Source: the human T2T-CHM13v2.0 reference genome, Homo sapiens
Direction: 5' to 3' (one strand)
Length of the DNA stretch: 64,000 nt
NCBI RefSeq assembly: GCF_009914755.1
Contig: NC_060934.1
The notes below the pieces were generated by a model, which saw only the letters and a program-made list of their open reading frames with translations, was not told the origin of the DNA and ran no database searches. Numbering within the stretch: the stretch's first letter is position 1; each line of letters starts with the position of its first letter. Position numbers and translations under genes: made by a program. Below are positions 48,220-62,592 of this stretch, one piece after another.

Positions 48220-48463
<244 letters not shown>

Positions 48464-48573
48464 TATTAGAAACCTTTTTCTAACTCCCCAAGCTGTAGCA
48501 TTAAATGCAGAATCTCTGCTTAGTGGGCCATGTTAATAAATCCAGCCTGATCCAACTTTACGTTCCTTCCACC

Positions 48574-49377
48574 TGTCAATGAAAAGAGTCAAATTCTGGA
48601 AAATATTTGAAGAGTTTTATTCTGAGCCAAATATGAGTGACCATGGCGCATGACACAGGCCTCAGGAGGTCCTGAGAGTATGTATCCAAGGTGGTTGGAG
48701 TGCAGTTTGGTTTATACATTTTAGGGAGGCATGAGACATAAAATACATTTAAGAAATACATTGGGTTGGTCCAGAAAGGTGGGACAACTCAAAAGTGAGG
48801 GAGGGTGGGAGGGTTGGGGGGTGGGGAGGTGGTGCATGGCTTCCAGGCCCTAGGTAAATTTAAACATTTTCTGGTTGACAACTGGTTGAGTTTGTCTAAA
48901 AAGACCTGGGATCAATAGAAAGAAAATATTCAGGTTAAGATAAAAGATTGTGAAGACCAAGGTTCTTTTGAAGTCTTACAGTGGCTGCCCTTAGAGACAA
49001 TAGATGACAAATGCTTCTCCTATTCAGGTCTTTGAAAGGTGTTGACTTTTAGTTAATCTCTTTAGGATTGGGAGGGCCTGGAAGAAAAAGATCTAGTTAT
49101 GTTAATAGAGATTCTTATAGATGCCAATTTCCCCCCACAAAAGACAGCTTTGCAGGGCCATTTCAGGATATAGCAAAAAAACATGTTTTGGGGTAAAATA
49201 TTTTTATTTTCTTCCTTGTCTCATGATGTTATGCCAGAGTCAGGTTGGAAAGTAAGTTACCGTATATAGGGTTAAATAAAATCCATCCGATGAGAATTTA
49301 TGGTTTGTAGGGCATGACTCCCCAGACCCCTTAGATAGGAATTTGGGCAAGATAAAAAAAATAGAACTTAGTCCTCA
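48574..49377 (-). mobile_element. MER4 (D/E-like) solo LTR inserted in ERVL gag
   Basis: Minus strand begins tgaggactaag...cttgcccaaattcctatctaaggggtctggggagtcatgccc; 4-bp TSD CACC/CATC. Confidence 0.88.
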
Positions 49378-50333
49378 CATCATTATCCCATACCTTTAAT
49401 GTCCATTCCCACACGTATTCTCCAGATTTCTGCTTCTATAAATTAGAAAACTCAAGTAGTTCTTTCCTCATGGGTCACACTCTGAACTTCACCTCTAGGG
49501 ACCTGCTGGCACTTGAGTCTAGTTACTGCCATAGAAGCAAAGAGTGGGTGTTGGGGCTGGGTCCTGAGGAGAAGCAGCATTGTCTTGCCTGGCAACTGCC
49601 TCAGGGGGACCATCACTGTTTCCTCAAGCAATGCAGGGTTAATCTCTTCAGACAAATGTAGAAAGGCTGATAGCAGCCTGGGTCGGGGAGGGGATGTTGC
49701 CACCACTGTGAGTGGGGAGGCCGTCTCCTCTGGCAAAAAAAGGCTTATTAGAATTTAGGAGCTCAGTGCCCCCAAATTCATCAAAGTCCTCCCACACATC
49801 CCTGTCCCAAGTTACAGGGTCTCATTCCTTCCCTACCAATGCCCTTATTTTAACAGTAGACACCTGGTAAGGCTAAGCATGAACCTTTTGCTGTAGGCCT
49901 TGTGTCTGATTCTCAGCAATTTCAGCCCTTTGTCTGCAGAAGATAAGACTCTCACCCAGGGCAATCACAGTAGATTTGAGGCTACATATGTGCTTCTGAG
50001 GCCAGAAGATAGAATTCCTGAGCTCATCCTTTTTTTTCAGCACTTGTCCAGTGAACTTAGGAACAACCAACCAATTTCATTATATTCCTTGGTTCTCTGC
50101 AAATGTTCAAAGTTACTGTGTATAGAGTCACTAAACCCCTTGACTCTGAGGAGCAGTGAATCAGAAGTATAAAATGCATTTATTTTTCACAATTCTAAAC
50201 CACACCAAGAACTATCAGTGTTCTCCATACTATTAGAAGTAGAGTCCTTAGCACTTTTAGGTCTAATCAGATTAAAGAGCCAACTCCAGAAACCCCAACA
50301 CCAACTAAAGAAATCCATCCTTAAAATGGATGG

Positions 50334-50570
50334 AAAGGACATGTGTTTGCTAAGCTTTTACCATTTACAGAGTTTTGGTTGAAACTGTAGGAATCTATTT
50401 AAAGAACTCAAATTATCCTGGCCAATAGGAGGGAGAGTTTATTTATGATCTGAAAATAATACTTAGTCTATTCTCCATTCTTTTGATGCCAACAAGGAAA
50501 GAAACCTGGTCAAGAAAATGCTCTGATGTGTGTTTTTTGATATCAAGCTCCTGCCTTTGGACTCAACTGA
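50334..50570 (+). repeat. direct duplicate of host flank 51165-51400 inside the provirus
   Basis: 237 bp, 9 substitutions plus 1 indel versus 51165-51400. Confidence 0.97.
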
Positions 50571-50590
50571 CATATATATATATACACACA

Positions 50591-50635
<45 letters not shown>

Positions 50636-51849
50636 GAGTTTGTTAGGGAAAATTGGCTCACATGATTACAAGGCAAAGTCCCACAATAGGCCATCTGCAA
50701 GCTGAGAAAGAGAGAAGCCAGTAGTGGATCAGTCCAAGTCCAAAAGCCTCAAAACCAGGCAAGCTGATAGTGCAGCCTTCAGTCTGTGGCCAAAGCCCCA
50801 AGAGCCCCCGGGAAACCACTAGTCTAAGTCCCAGAGTCCAAAGACCAAAGGACCTGGAGTCTGATATCCAAGGGCACGAGGATCAGAAGGAAGCCAGAAG
50901 ACTCAGCCAGCAAGGTTATCCCATATTCTTCTGCCTGCTTTGTTCTAGCCATGCTGGCAGCTGATTGTATGGTGCCCACTCACATTGAGGGTGGGTCTTC
51001 CTCTTCCAGTCCACCAACTCGACTGTCAATCTCTGCTGATAACACCCTCACAGACACACCCAGCAACAATACTTTACCAGCCATCTAGGTATTCTTCAGT
51101 CTAATCAAGTTGACACCTAATAACCATCACACCATCCTTCTACCACAGGCAGTGGCAGGGCTGAAAAGGACATGTGTTTGCTGAGATTTTACCATTTACA
51201 GAGTTTCGGTTGAAACTGTAGAATCTATTTAAAGAACTCAAATTATCCTAGCCAATAAGAGGAAGAGTTGATTTAAGATCTGAAAATAATACTTAGTCTA
51301 TTCTCCATTCTTTTGATGCCAACAAGGAAAGAAACCTGGTCAAGAAAATGCTCTGATGTGTGTTTTTTGATATCAAGCTTCTGCCTTTGGACTCAACTGA
51401 TATGAAATTTCTGATTTTTTTCAACCTGGGCAAGGCTCAAGATATTACTGCAAAAGCATTTTCTCCAATAAAGAGTTTGCTAAGCAAATTGACATTATGA
51501 ACATGCTTTCATGGACTTATTAACCTACTTTAAAAAACAAGTTGTTTATGAAGTTCACCAGGTGAACATGTGTGGACAGAGCTAATGAATGCAAATACGT
51601 CTTCCTAACAGGCTCTCACTCTGTGAATATAGTTCAGAAGCTAGCAGTTAGTTCCTGTTGTTGGAGGTATTTGAAAAAAAAAAGTCAATTTATTTTAAAT
51701 CATTAAAATTTTAAAAATGGATATACTCTTCTAAAACCATTTGATCTCCTCCTATACAGAATGACTTTTCTACTAATAACTCCAAGTTAATGAACATTTT
51801 ATTCTGTCTAATAAGTTTTTTTTTTAATTGCATGCACAGACATGGGAGG

Positions 51850-52075
51850 GGTAGCATGCATAGTGGTTACAAATGTGGACTATAGAGCCAGACTCTCTGG
51901 GTTTGAATCCTGCCCTGCCATTTTACTTAGTAGGTACTTACACTGTTTGTGCCTCATATCCTCTTCTATAAAATGGGAATAGCAATATTACCTGCTTCAT
52001 AGTTGTTATGAAGGTTAAATTAGTTAATATATGTAAGGTACTCAGAAGAGTATTAAGTGCTATGTGCATTAGCTT
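51850..52075 (+). mobile_element. MIR
   Basis: gagccagactctctgggtttgaatcctg; gcctcatatcctcttctataaaatgggaat. Confidence 0.85.
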
Positions 52076-52477
52076 TATTGTCTTGACTTAGCCAGCTAAG
52101 CACTGGGCCTCAAACAACAAATTAATCTGAACAACTCAACCTCACTTTGTTGTACCACCGTGGGAGTTTGTATTTGCAAAAGAACCCAAGCATTAGATCA
52201 TGGATGGGTTAAGCTGGTACTTTCTCAGCAGAATTCTAAGAAAGGTGTCCATGGCCAAGTAGGTTAAGGAATGGAATGGATAATTAAGGCTAAGGTTGAA
52301 ATTTTTCTTTTTTTTAGGCAGGAAAAAGTTTACAGAATTCCACAGATAATTTCTTTCCAGGTTTATTTGAAAAGGGCACTCTATATCAGTTTAAGATTGT
52401 TTCTTGGAATATTTGTATTTTGTATGACTAGCACACCAGAACTGCAATGGGACGAATGAATTAAAATAAATGCTTCC

Positions 52478-52931
<454 letters not shown>

Positions 52932-53389
52932 AAATAAATGCTTCCTATTATAATAGCTTTTTAAGGTTTAGATGTAATAATTTCACAACTCCTATTACAT
53001 ACAAGTGCATCTTTGGGATGCAAGTACTTACATGTTCAGCTTATTAGCATGTTGTTTTCAGTTCTGCTCAAAAAACATTCTCAACTCAGCTGACTCATTT
53101 TAATAGGGACAAAATTTTCACATTCCAACTTGAACAGGGAAGTGGTAACAATTGATTTAGATAGGAGTATCAGAATTTCATTTTGCTAAGGCCTTTTTTG
53201 TGCTTCTTAATGCAGTAACACTTTAGGATAGAATGAATATTGTTGGTATCACCACTTCTGCAAATGTGCTCACTCTTCTTTTCTGTTTATTCTAGAAGGT
53301 TTACTCACACACTAAATATGGGATGCACCAGTTTTTTATGCTGCAAGTTTGAAATAATACCATTTATTTCAACTACTTAAAAAATATGG

Positions 53390-53705
<316 letters not shown>

Positions 53706-54214
53706 TTATAACTCAGATTATGTGAGTTTGGTGAATTTCTTCCAGAAAAAGAAATATTCAATGTTTGATTACCTGCCTTTGAAAAAACTGGCTGTTCTTC
53801 TGAAAAGACCTTGCAAATAAAATTGCAAAGAATGCAGGTGTAGAGAGAACTGAGATAACAGCTTGTCCAAAAGGAAGCGAGAGTCATTTGTTGAGCAATT
53901 TAATGGATCTGAGGTACACTGATCTGATGAGGTACATGATCTGATGAGGTAAATTGCTAACCATTACCATAATGTCCTAAGGGAAACAGAAGGGATCGCA
54001 TCAGGGCCCCCTGACTAAAACTGAAATATGTTATTGTTTCTGGCCACTCATGGACGGCAGACAGAGTGACATTGAGAGCATGCACCTGGGTTGGAATCTC
54101 AGCTGAGCCCCTTTATACAAGGGCTAGGCAAACCTGGGAAAGTTAGTCAAACAGTTGTTTGCCTCATCTGTACAATGGAGGGAATAATATTCTATTTTAT
54201 TTGTAATAATACAT

Positions 54215-55110
54215 ATCATGTTAGCTATCTGTTGCAGCATTAGAAACTTAATGGTTTAAACAACACACATTTAAAATCTCGAAGTTTCTGAAGGTCAGCA
54301 TTCCAGGCTTAGCAGGGTGTTTCTCCCTCAAGGTCTCTCACAAGGGTGCAATCAAGGTGTCACTCAGGACTCTGGTGATATGGTTTGGCTGTGTCCCCAC
54401 CCAAATCTCATCTTGAATTGTAGCACCCATAATTCCCATGTGTTGTAGGAGGGACCCAGTGGGAGGTAATTGAATCATGGGAGCGGGTCTTTCCCATGTT
54501 GTTCTTGTGGTGGTGAATAAGTCTGAGATCTGATGGTTTTATAGAGGGGAGTTCCCCTGCTCAAGCTCTCTTTCCTGCTGCCATGTAAGATGTGATTTTA
54601 CTCTTCATTTGCCTTCTGCCATAATTGTGAGGCCTCCCCAGCCATGTGGAACTGTGAGTCAATTAAGCCTCTTTCCTTTATAAATTACCCAGTCTCGGGT
54701 ATGTCTTTATTAGCAGTATAAGAACAGACTAATACATCCGGTCTCATCTGGAGGTTTGACTGAGGGAAGATCCACTTCTAAGCTCACTCTGTGACTACTG
54801 GTAGGCCTCAGGCTGTCACTGGCTATTGACTGAAGACTAATTAGTTTCTTCCCTGGTGGACCTCTTCCTAGGGCAGCTCACAACACAACAGCTGGCTGTC
54901 CTCAGAGGGAGCCAGGGAGACAGGAGGAGGGAGTGAGGAAGATGGAAGTCAGTCTTCTTATAACCTAATCTTGGAAGTGACATCCAATCACTTTTGCCAT
55001 ATTATAGTCCCTAGAAGCCAGTCATTAGCTCAGCCCACTTTCAAGGGGAGAAGATGACACAGCAGGAGATGGGGACAATGAAGGCCATCTCAGAGGCTGC
55101 CGACCACATA
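54215..55110 (-). mobile_element. MLT1 (E/F-like) LTR interrupted by THE1 LTR
   Basis: aacttaatggtttaaacaacacac; gaagtgacatccaatcacttttgccatatt; gaggctgccgaccaca. Confidence 0.75.
54376..54736 (+). mobile_element. THE1 solo LTR
   Basis: tgatatggtttggctgtgtccccacccaaatc...gactaataca; TSD TCTGG/TCCGG. Confidence 0.95.
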
Positions 55111-55937
55111 TACGAACACAGGCCTTTCCTGACTTCTAGCACCAGTCTCAGGAAGGAGTTTGTAGCCTCATGCAGGATTAAATAGTTCCTGGCAGAAATT
55201 AGCTCTGCCCAAGGATTAAGGACAGCTGAATTTGACACCTATAAAGCATCACTCTTGAATTCTTCCTGAATTCAGTAAAATGAGTCAGTTAATTAACTCA
55301 TCGCTAGAGTTTTTTGCCATATCAGTATATTCCCAGTGGAACAATGAAGATTAACCTGAAAAATAAGTCATGGTTATAGCTATTGCATCCTGAATGGCAC
55401 AAAACATCAAGGAAATATTCTTTCAGTATTCAAAAGCTATTATTCAGCAATGAAGTTGCTCATGCCATTGATGAACGAGTAAGGGAAGTTCCAGCACGGT
55501 AGTGCAGAAGCTGAAAGGAGGCTCACTTTAGTGAATGTAATTTTTATGAGGGTAAAAAATAGTTTATCAGATCATATATCAGATGAAATGATAATAAATT
55601 TATTGCGAAAAGGGTTAGCAGATTAGGATGCAATCTTATTTGTCAAATCATGCTTGAATTATACCCTAGCTTGACTATGCACTACGAATTTGGCAAAAAT
55701 CAAGGAAAACATTCTATGACAATCAGTTGGCTGTGTGGAATTTATAAGAGAGTATGAATATTCGATATTTTTTGTAAGTTGTGACCTCCTGATTGAAAGC
55801 ATAGGCATCAGCTTACTACCATTCATTATCATGTTTGCACGAAGGCAATGATAATTGATAAAAACTCCTGAGTACTGGTGAGGAAAGTTCTGACGCTTTA
55901 GTAGTGCTGAAAGAAATATGGGCAGGGAGGTTCCAGA

Positions 55938-56502
55938 TGTAGAGGAAGAAAAAAAATTTTCCTATACCCTCTTGGGTTTAGGGGCTGGGGCCTGTGACTT
56001 AAACTGACAAATGACAGATTAATAAAAAGTTATTTTATATGCACATAGGGAGGGAGGTGTCACAGAAAAGAACTGAAAACCCAAATCAGTCAGGCCTAAG
56101 AGCTTATATATCATCTTAACAAAGGGTGATAAATTCTGGAGAAATGATAAGACAAAGGAAAAGGGGCTTGGGCTTCTAATGGTGGTATATTGTGGGAGGG
56201 TAAATATATCGGGGAAGCTCATTGAAGGAAAGGGTTATGGTAGTAAGGTTTGTTTGTGCAGACTCATCTCAGTGTTGACTTACCAGCTCCTGTGACACAG
56301 GTTGTTCTCTGCCTTCCGGTATGGGAGAGGGGAGGGGAGATACTTTTACAGATGGAAATTTGTTATATTTACCCTACTTTTAGGCAGAAAAGGGGAGGGT
56401 AGAGAGTTCCTTCTGAATCTGCTATTTCTCAATTGCTTTAACTTCAAAATAATCCTATGCCAAAGTGGTATATTTGGGGGTGGTATATTCTGATCCCCTT
56501 CA
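55938..56502 (-). mobile_element. MER34-type ERV1 solo LTR
   Basis: Minus strand begins tgaaggggatcagaatataccacccccaaatataccactttggcatagg; perfect TSD CCAGA 55933-55937 / 56503-56507. Confidence 0.85.
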
Positions 56503-57171
56503 CCAGACTCTCAATCCATCACCAATTGACAGTCCTTAGACAAACTATTGTGCAAGCTCTCACATATCTTCAAGTGGAATTTGATGAATTCCAAAGTATG
56601 CTGTCAAAGGCATACTTTGGAAGCTGCCACAGCCTAGAGTCTAAGGAAGGCCTGAGCCAGGTAAAGTCTCCAGACATAGTATTGCAGAAATGACAGCACT
56701 CTGAGTGGGACAGTTTCCCAAGGTGTGTGGAGCCACATTTGGAAGGATCACATTGGTGTCTCATGGGGCTGATGTGAAAGGACGTCTGCTGACATACGGG
56801 AGCTTCTGATCTGAGAAGAGCCTGCTGGGTGGTGGCAATGTCCACTTGGATTCTTTTGAGTACACACTGGCTGGGTTTTGGATACCAGCACCTCTGCCAA
56901 TCCAGCATCAAGTGTTCTGTGCTTCAGGCACTCCACCATTCTTGTGATATCATTTTTCTAGGTCTTCACTTCTGCTGTGTCTACGCTTCTCTTCTTTACC
57001 TAAAGGCTCTGCTTACTCATGGATTCCATTGCCTGATGACATTTGCTCAATGGCTTTTCTTGCTTTGTCTTTCAGTTTCTGCTGCCAATAGGGAGTTCCC
57101 GTCTGCCTCACATTTAAATTTCTGCCTCCTCCCAATGTGGGGCAGTTGCCTGGCTCTCTTTACACAATCTA

Positions 57172-57580
<409 letters not shown>

Positions 57581-58819
57581 TCACAATTGAAGGGAGAAAA
57601 AGCACAATTCCTCTTGCAATAGAGAGACTCTTTTGCAAGACAGGTGCTATAATCTTGTGTAATCACATGCACATAATCACAATCACATACCTCGCATTGC
57701 CTTTACCATATTCCATTGGTTATAAATAAGTCACAGGTCCCACCCACATTCAACGGGAGGGGGTTACATAAAGGCATGCATATCAGAAGGGGGAACCATG
57801 GGGACCACTTTAAAGTCTATCCACCACATCTCCTTGGTCTCCTTCAGTCTGTGACTGTTCCTCAGTTTGTCCTTTTCTTTCATAACCTTGACTCTTTTGA
57901 AGAGTACTGATTGTTTATCTTGCAAAATGTTCTCCATCAGGTTAGTCTGATGTTTTCTCATTATTGGATTAAAGTTATGTATTTTTGACAAAATACCACA
58001 GAAGTGACATGCCCTTTTCATTACATCCTGTAAGAAGGTACATGATGTGCATGTTTTGTTTGTTATGTTAGCCTAGATCATATGGTTAAGATAAGGTATG
58101 CTGGGTTTGTCCACTGTGAAGTTACTTTTCCCCCTTTGTAAATAGTAAACATCTTGGGATAGAAACTTTGAGACTATACAAATATACTCTTTCTACTTGA
58201 ATTTTTTCCCACAACTTTAAGATTTCATTGATAGATTGTGTCTGCAACAATTACTAATGGCGATTTATTGTTTCTCCCATTCCTTTTACATTTATTAACT
58301 GGAATCTCTCCAAAAGAAAGATTTATCCCTCTCTTCCACATATTCATGTATTCAATCACTTATTTATATCATTATGGACTCTTAGATGTCTATTTTATTC
58401 TGTGGGTTATAATTCAATACTATCATTACAGATTTTGTGGTTCTAGTTGTTCTAGCTTTGGCAACTGGGAGTTCTTTCAGGCTGGCTTCTGTGCCTTTTG
58501 ATATACCCCATTCTTTTTTTGAATACTTCCTTACTTTCTAGCACAAGAGGCTCCAGCCTCATTTTGTATTCTTCCTGCCTCAGCCCTGGAATCAACTACT
58601 TCTCCAAGGAGCCCTGGTTTCTTTTATTGACGAATAGTATTTAGAAACCAAGATCTCAATACTGGGTGTGTTCATTGCTATTGTGATTTTATTGCTTTTA
58701 AACTCTCTCAGTGGACAGAGCTAGGAAATACAAACATGTATACCAGCACATTCATATACACATATCTACGTCTATATCTACCTATATGTATGTATATTAA
58801 AAACCTAGGCATTTATACT

Positions 58820-59172
58820 TGTATTAGTCCGTTTTCACACTGCTGATAAAGACATACCCAAGACCGGGTAATTAATACAGGAAGAAGGTTTAATGGACTT
58901 ACAGTTTCATGCGGCTGTGGAGGCCTCACAATCATGGTGGAAGGCAAGGAGGAGCAAGTCACATCTTACATAAATGGCAGCAGGCAAAGAGAGAGCTTAT
59001 GCAGGGAAACTCCCCCTTATATAACCTTCAGATCTTGTGAGACTTATTCACTATCATGAGAACAGCATGGAAAGACCTGCCCCCATGATTCAATTACCTC
59101 CCACCAGGTCCCTCCCACAACATGTGGGAATTCAAGATGAGATTTGGGTGGGGACACAGCCAAACCATATCA
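58820..59172 (-). mobile_element. THE1B-like solo LTR
   Basis: tgtattagtccgttttcacactgctgataaagacatacc...ccaaaccatatca; perfect TSD ATACT 58815-58819 / 59173-59177. Confidence 0.95.
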
Positions 59173-59360
59173 ATACTGATACCTCTATTGCCTGTCTAAT
59201 GCCACCAGGTTATTCTAGCTTTTCCTCCTTCTTCGTAATTTCTTTCGCTGACAGAAAGCTGGCTCTCATTACCAGCAATATACCTATTTATTCAAACCTA
59301 GTATACATATAAAATAGTTTCAGAATTGCTAACCCATATCTTTGTAAGGAAAAAATTTGT

Positions 59361-59685
59361 GGCTGGGCACAGTGGCTCACACCTGTATTCCCAGCACTGT
59401 GGGAGGCTGAGATGTGAGGATCACTTGAGTCCGGGAGTTCAAGAGCAGCTTGGGCAACATAGTTAAGACCTCACCGTTACAAAATATCAAAAAATTAGCT
59501 GAGCGTGGTGGTACATGCCTGTTGTCCCAGTTACTTGGGAGGCTGAGGTGGGAGGATCACTTGAGCCCAAGAGGTCAAGGCTGCAGTGAGCTGTGACTGT
59601 ATTCCTGAACTCTAGCCTGGGCAACAGAGCAAAACTCTGTCTCAAAAACAAAACAAAACAAAACAAAACAAAACAAAACAAAATA
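59361..59685 (+). mobile_element. AluJ with (AAAAC)n tail
   Basis: Full dimer. Confidence 0.95.
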
Positions 59686-59895
59686 GAAAATAAAGCAAAT
59701 TTGTGAACTAGAGTGCAGTATTTGTGTACAGTTCTTTTTGTCTTTAGCCTTATAGTAACCAGTTAAAATACTGCTTTCTAAAGTAACTTGTTAGTTCTTT
59801 TTTTAACCACTCTCTTCAGTATGATCACATGATTCATCTATAATACATTTATGTTCATTTAAAAAAATTATTTATTTTTATCCTAAGCAAATTAA

Positions 59896-60259
<364 letters not shown>

Positions 60260-60901
60260 TAAAATAAAGTGCTGCCAACGTTGAAAGCCCTTCGAAATGC
60301 ACACAATTTTTTCAGACTTGTTCCAGCTTACCAGCTACTTGAAACTATCAGTTAACTCTCTTTTCCTCAAACCCCAACATTCAAATTAAGGGAAAAAAAA
60401 GGTGATTTTATTAAGTAAATATATAATTTTATTATTTTAAGTAAAGATGAACTAAGTAACCAAATTGAGAAATATCTCCAAATCCATAGCATTTCTCCAA
60501 AACAAGAATGACAGAAGGGGAGTAAAGTGGGGAATTCCACTTATAATTTAATAGGAATTACTTATATATGAGACCTAAGAAATCTGACTAGATTGAGATA
60601 CCATGTGGCAGAGAGGAAACTTGATCTTTATATCAATTCATCCCAAATTAATGTATAATTTACTTATTAACAATTTCAATCAGAAGCCTTATACAATATT
60701 AGGCGGTAGCTCAGGGGGCTTAAGAAAAAAAAAATCAGTAATTAGTCTGAAAGGGCAAATGGGCAAAAGAGTTCATTATAAAATTGAGCTGCTTCTTCCA
60801 TGGGCTCCATGGTGGGTAGTAACAAGGATTTAGCACCCAACAACTGCCAGGTGTAGCTCCTGCCAGCTAATATTACGCATTATGCATGAGGAACCACAAA
60901 C

Positions 60902-61531
60902 TGTTAGAGGCATTTGAACCAGAGTGACTCCATATTGAACAGGGGCAGGGTAAAAGAAGGCTGAGACCTGCTAGGCTGCATTCCCAGTAGGTTAGGCATT
61001 CTAAGTCACAGGATGAGATAGGAGGTCAGCCCAAGATACAGGTTATAAAGACCTTGCTGATTAACAGGATGCAGTAAAGAAGCCAGCCAAATCCCACCAA
61101 AACCAAGATGGCCATGAAAGTGACCTCTGGTTGTCCTCTGCTCATTATATGCTAATTATAATGCATTAGCATGCTAAAAGACACTCCCATCAGTGCCATG
61201 ACAGTTTACAGATGCCATGGCGACCTTAGGAAGTTACCCCATATGGTTTAAAGGGAGAGGAACCCTCAGTTCCGGGAATTGCCCACCCCTTTCCAGGAAA
61301 ACTGATGAATAATCCACCCCTGGTTTAGCATATCATCAAGAAATAACATTAAGTATCCTCCTTAGTTGAGGAGCTCAAGGTTTGGCTCTGCCTATGGAGT
61401 TGCCATTTTTTTATTCCTTTACTTTCTTAATAAACTTGATTTCACTTTGCACTGTGGACTCGCCCTGAATTCTTTCAAGAGATCCAAGAACCCTCTCCTG
61501 AGGTCTGGATCAGGATCCCTTTCCAATAACA
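60902..61531 (+). mobile_element. MER41B solo LTR
   Basis: tgttagaggcatttgaaccagag...ttccaataaca, 630 bp; perfect 4-bp TSD AAAC; retains the GAS-containing segment absent from MER41A. Confidence 0.88.
61270..61299. promoter_or_regulatory. tandem GAS (STAT1) motifs
   Basis: TTCCGGGAA 61270-61278 and TTCCAGGAA 61291-61299. Confidence 0.7.
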
Positions 61532-62261
61532 AAACCAGTAATATTATTGATTAATCAATAACGTTAGAAAAAAATGGTATGGTCCAACAATATTTTTAAA
61601 GTATTAACTGATTTTTACACCAAATATTCCCCCATCCTGGACCCTCTACCATTCAAGCAAGACCATCCTGAGTTCAGCGTGGAGAGTGGAAAATATAACT
61701 AGAGTCTTCTGATTTTTGTTAGACCAAAGCCTTTAGATAAAAGAAAGAACTCAGACTAAACAAAGCATTTCGGAGAAAAATCACTCAGGCCTAATGAAAA
61801 GTTCTCCATTGGAATTAGAGCTAAGTGATCTTGCAGGGGAATTCCGAGGGTAGGATTCAGGAATGTGTGTTTTTACAAGCACTCCAGGGGATCTTTACGC
61901 ACGCTGGAGCTGGAGAGATGGTGGGCTAGATGTTCCCCACCTGGCTGCACAGTAGCCTCACCTAAGGGTTTAATTTTTTGGTGCAGGGGCGAGAAAAGCC
62001 AGGCAGCAGATTTTTTTTTTTTTCTAAGCTTCCCAGGTGATTTTAATGACTAGTCAACCCTAAGAACTTTTCTTGGTAAAGTTTATTTGCTTCCCCACGA
62101 CTCTTTTAGACGTTTTATTGCAGTCAAACATTATAAATGAATTTTTACAATATTATCCAAGGTGTCTCCCCAACACATATATTTCTTCTCTTTCTACTTT
62201 ATTTTCTAAATTTATTGTACAAAATTAAAACATGGGTGAGTTGGAAGACCTACATTTAGGA

Positions 62262-62592
62262 CAGTGTTTTGCAGATTGTGGTTTCTGAACCAGCAACATC
62301 AGCAGCCCTTGGGAACCTTTAGAAATGCAAATTCTGTGTCCCACTCTAGACCTTCTGAATGAGATGTGCTGGTGGGGTGGTGGGGTGGTGGGGCTGCAAT
62401 CTGGATTTTCACAAGCCTTCTAGGGGATCTGGGGCACCCTAATTTTTGAGAACCAAGGATTCTCTTAATGAGAAACTTTTAAAACTACTGACGCCTGGGA
62501 CCCACCCCTCAGATTTTGATTTTTGATTGAATCATTCCAGTGTGTGGTTCTTCCAACGACTGTAATATACCACAAAGTTTGAGAACTTCTGG
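62262..62592. mobile_element. MER5A/MER5B fragments
   Basis: accagcaacatcagcagcccttggga...tagaaatgcaaattct; aaagtttgagaac. Confidence 0.75.

Larger units (their letters stand above)
57830..59875 (-). mobile_element. L1MC-like 3' UTR fragments interrupted by THE1 and Alu
   Basis: cagccctggaatcaactacttctccaaggagccctggtt; gtatttagaaaccaagatct; preceded by an MLT1 end ~57600-57828. Confidence 0.75.

Noticed and set aside
55270-55900. AT-rich segment that might be a DNA-transposon (transposase) fossil
   Set aside because: No recognisable TIR or protein motif; left unannotated.
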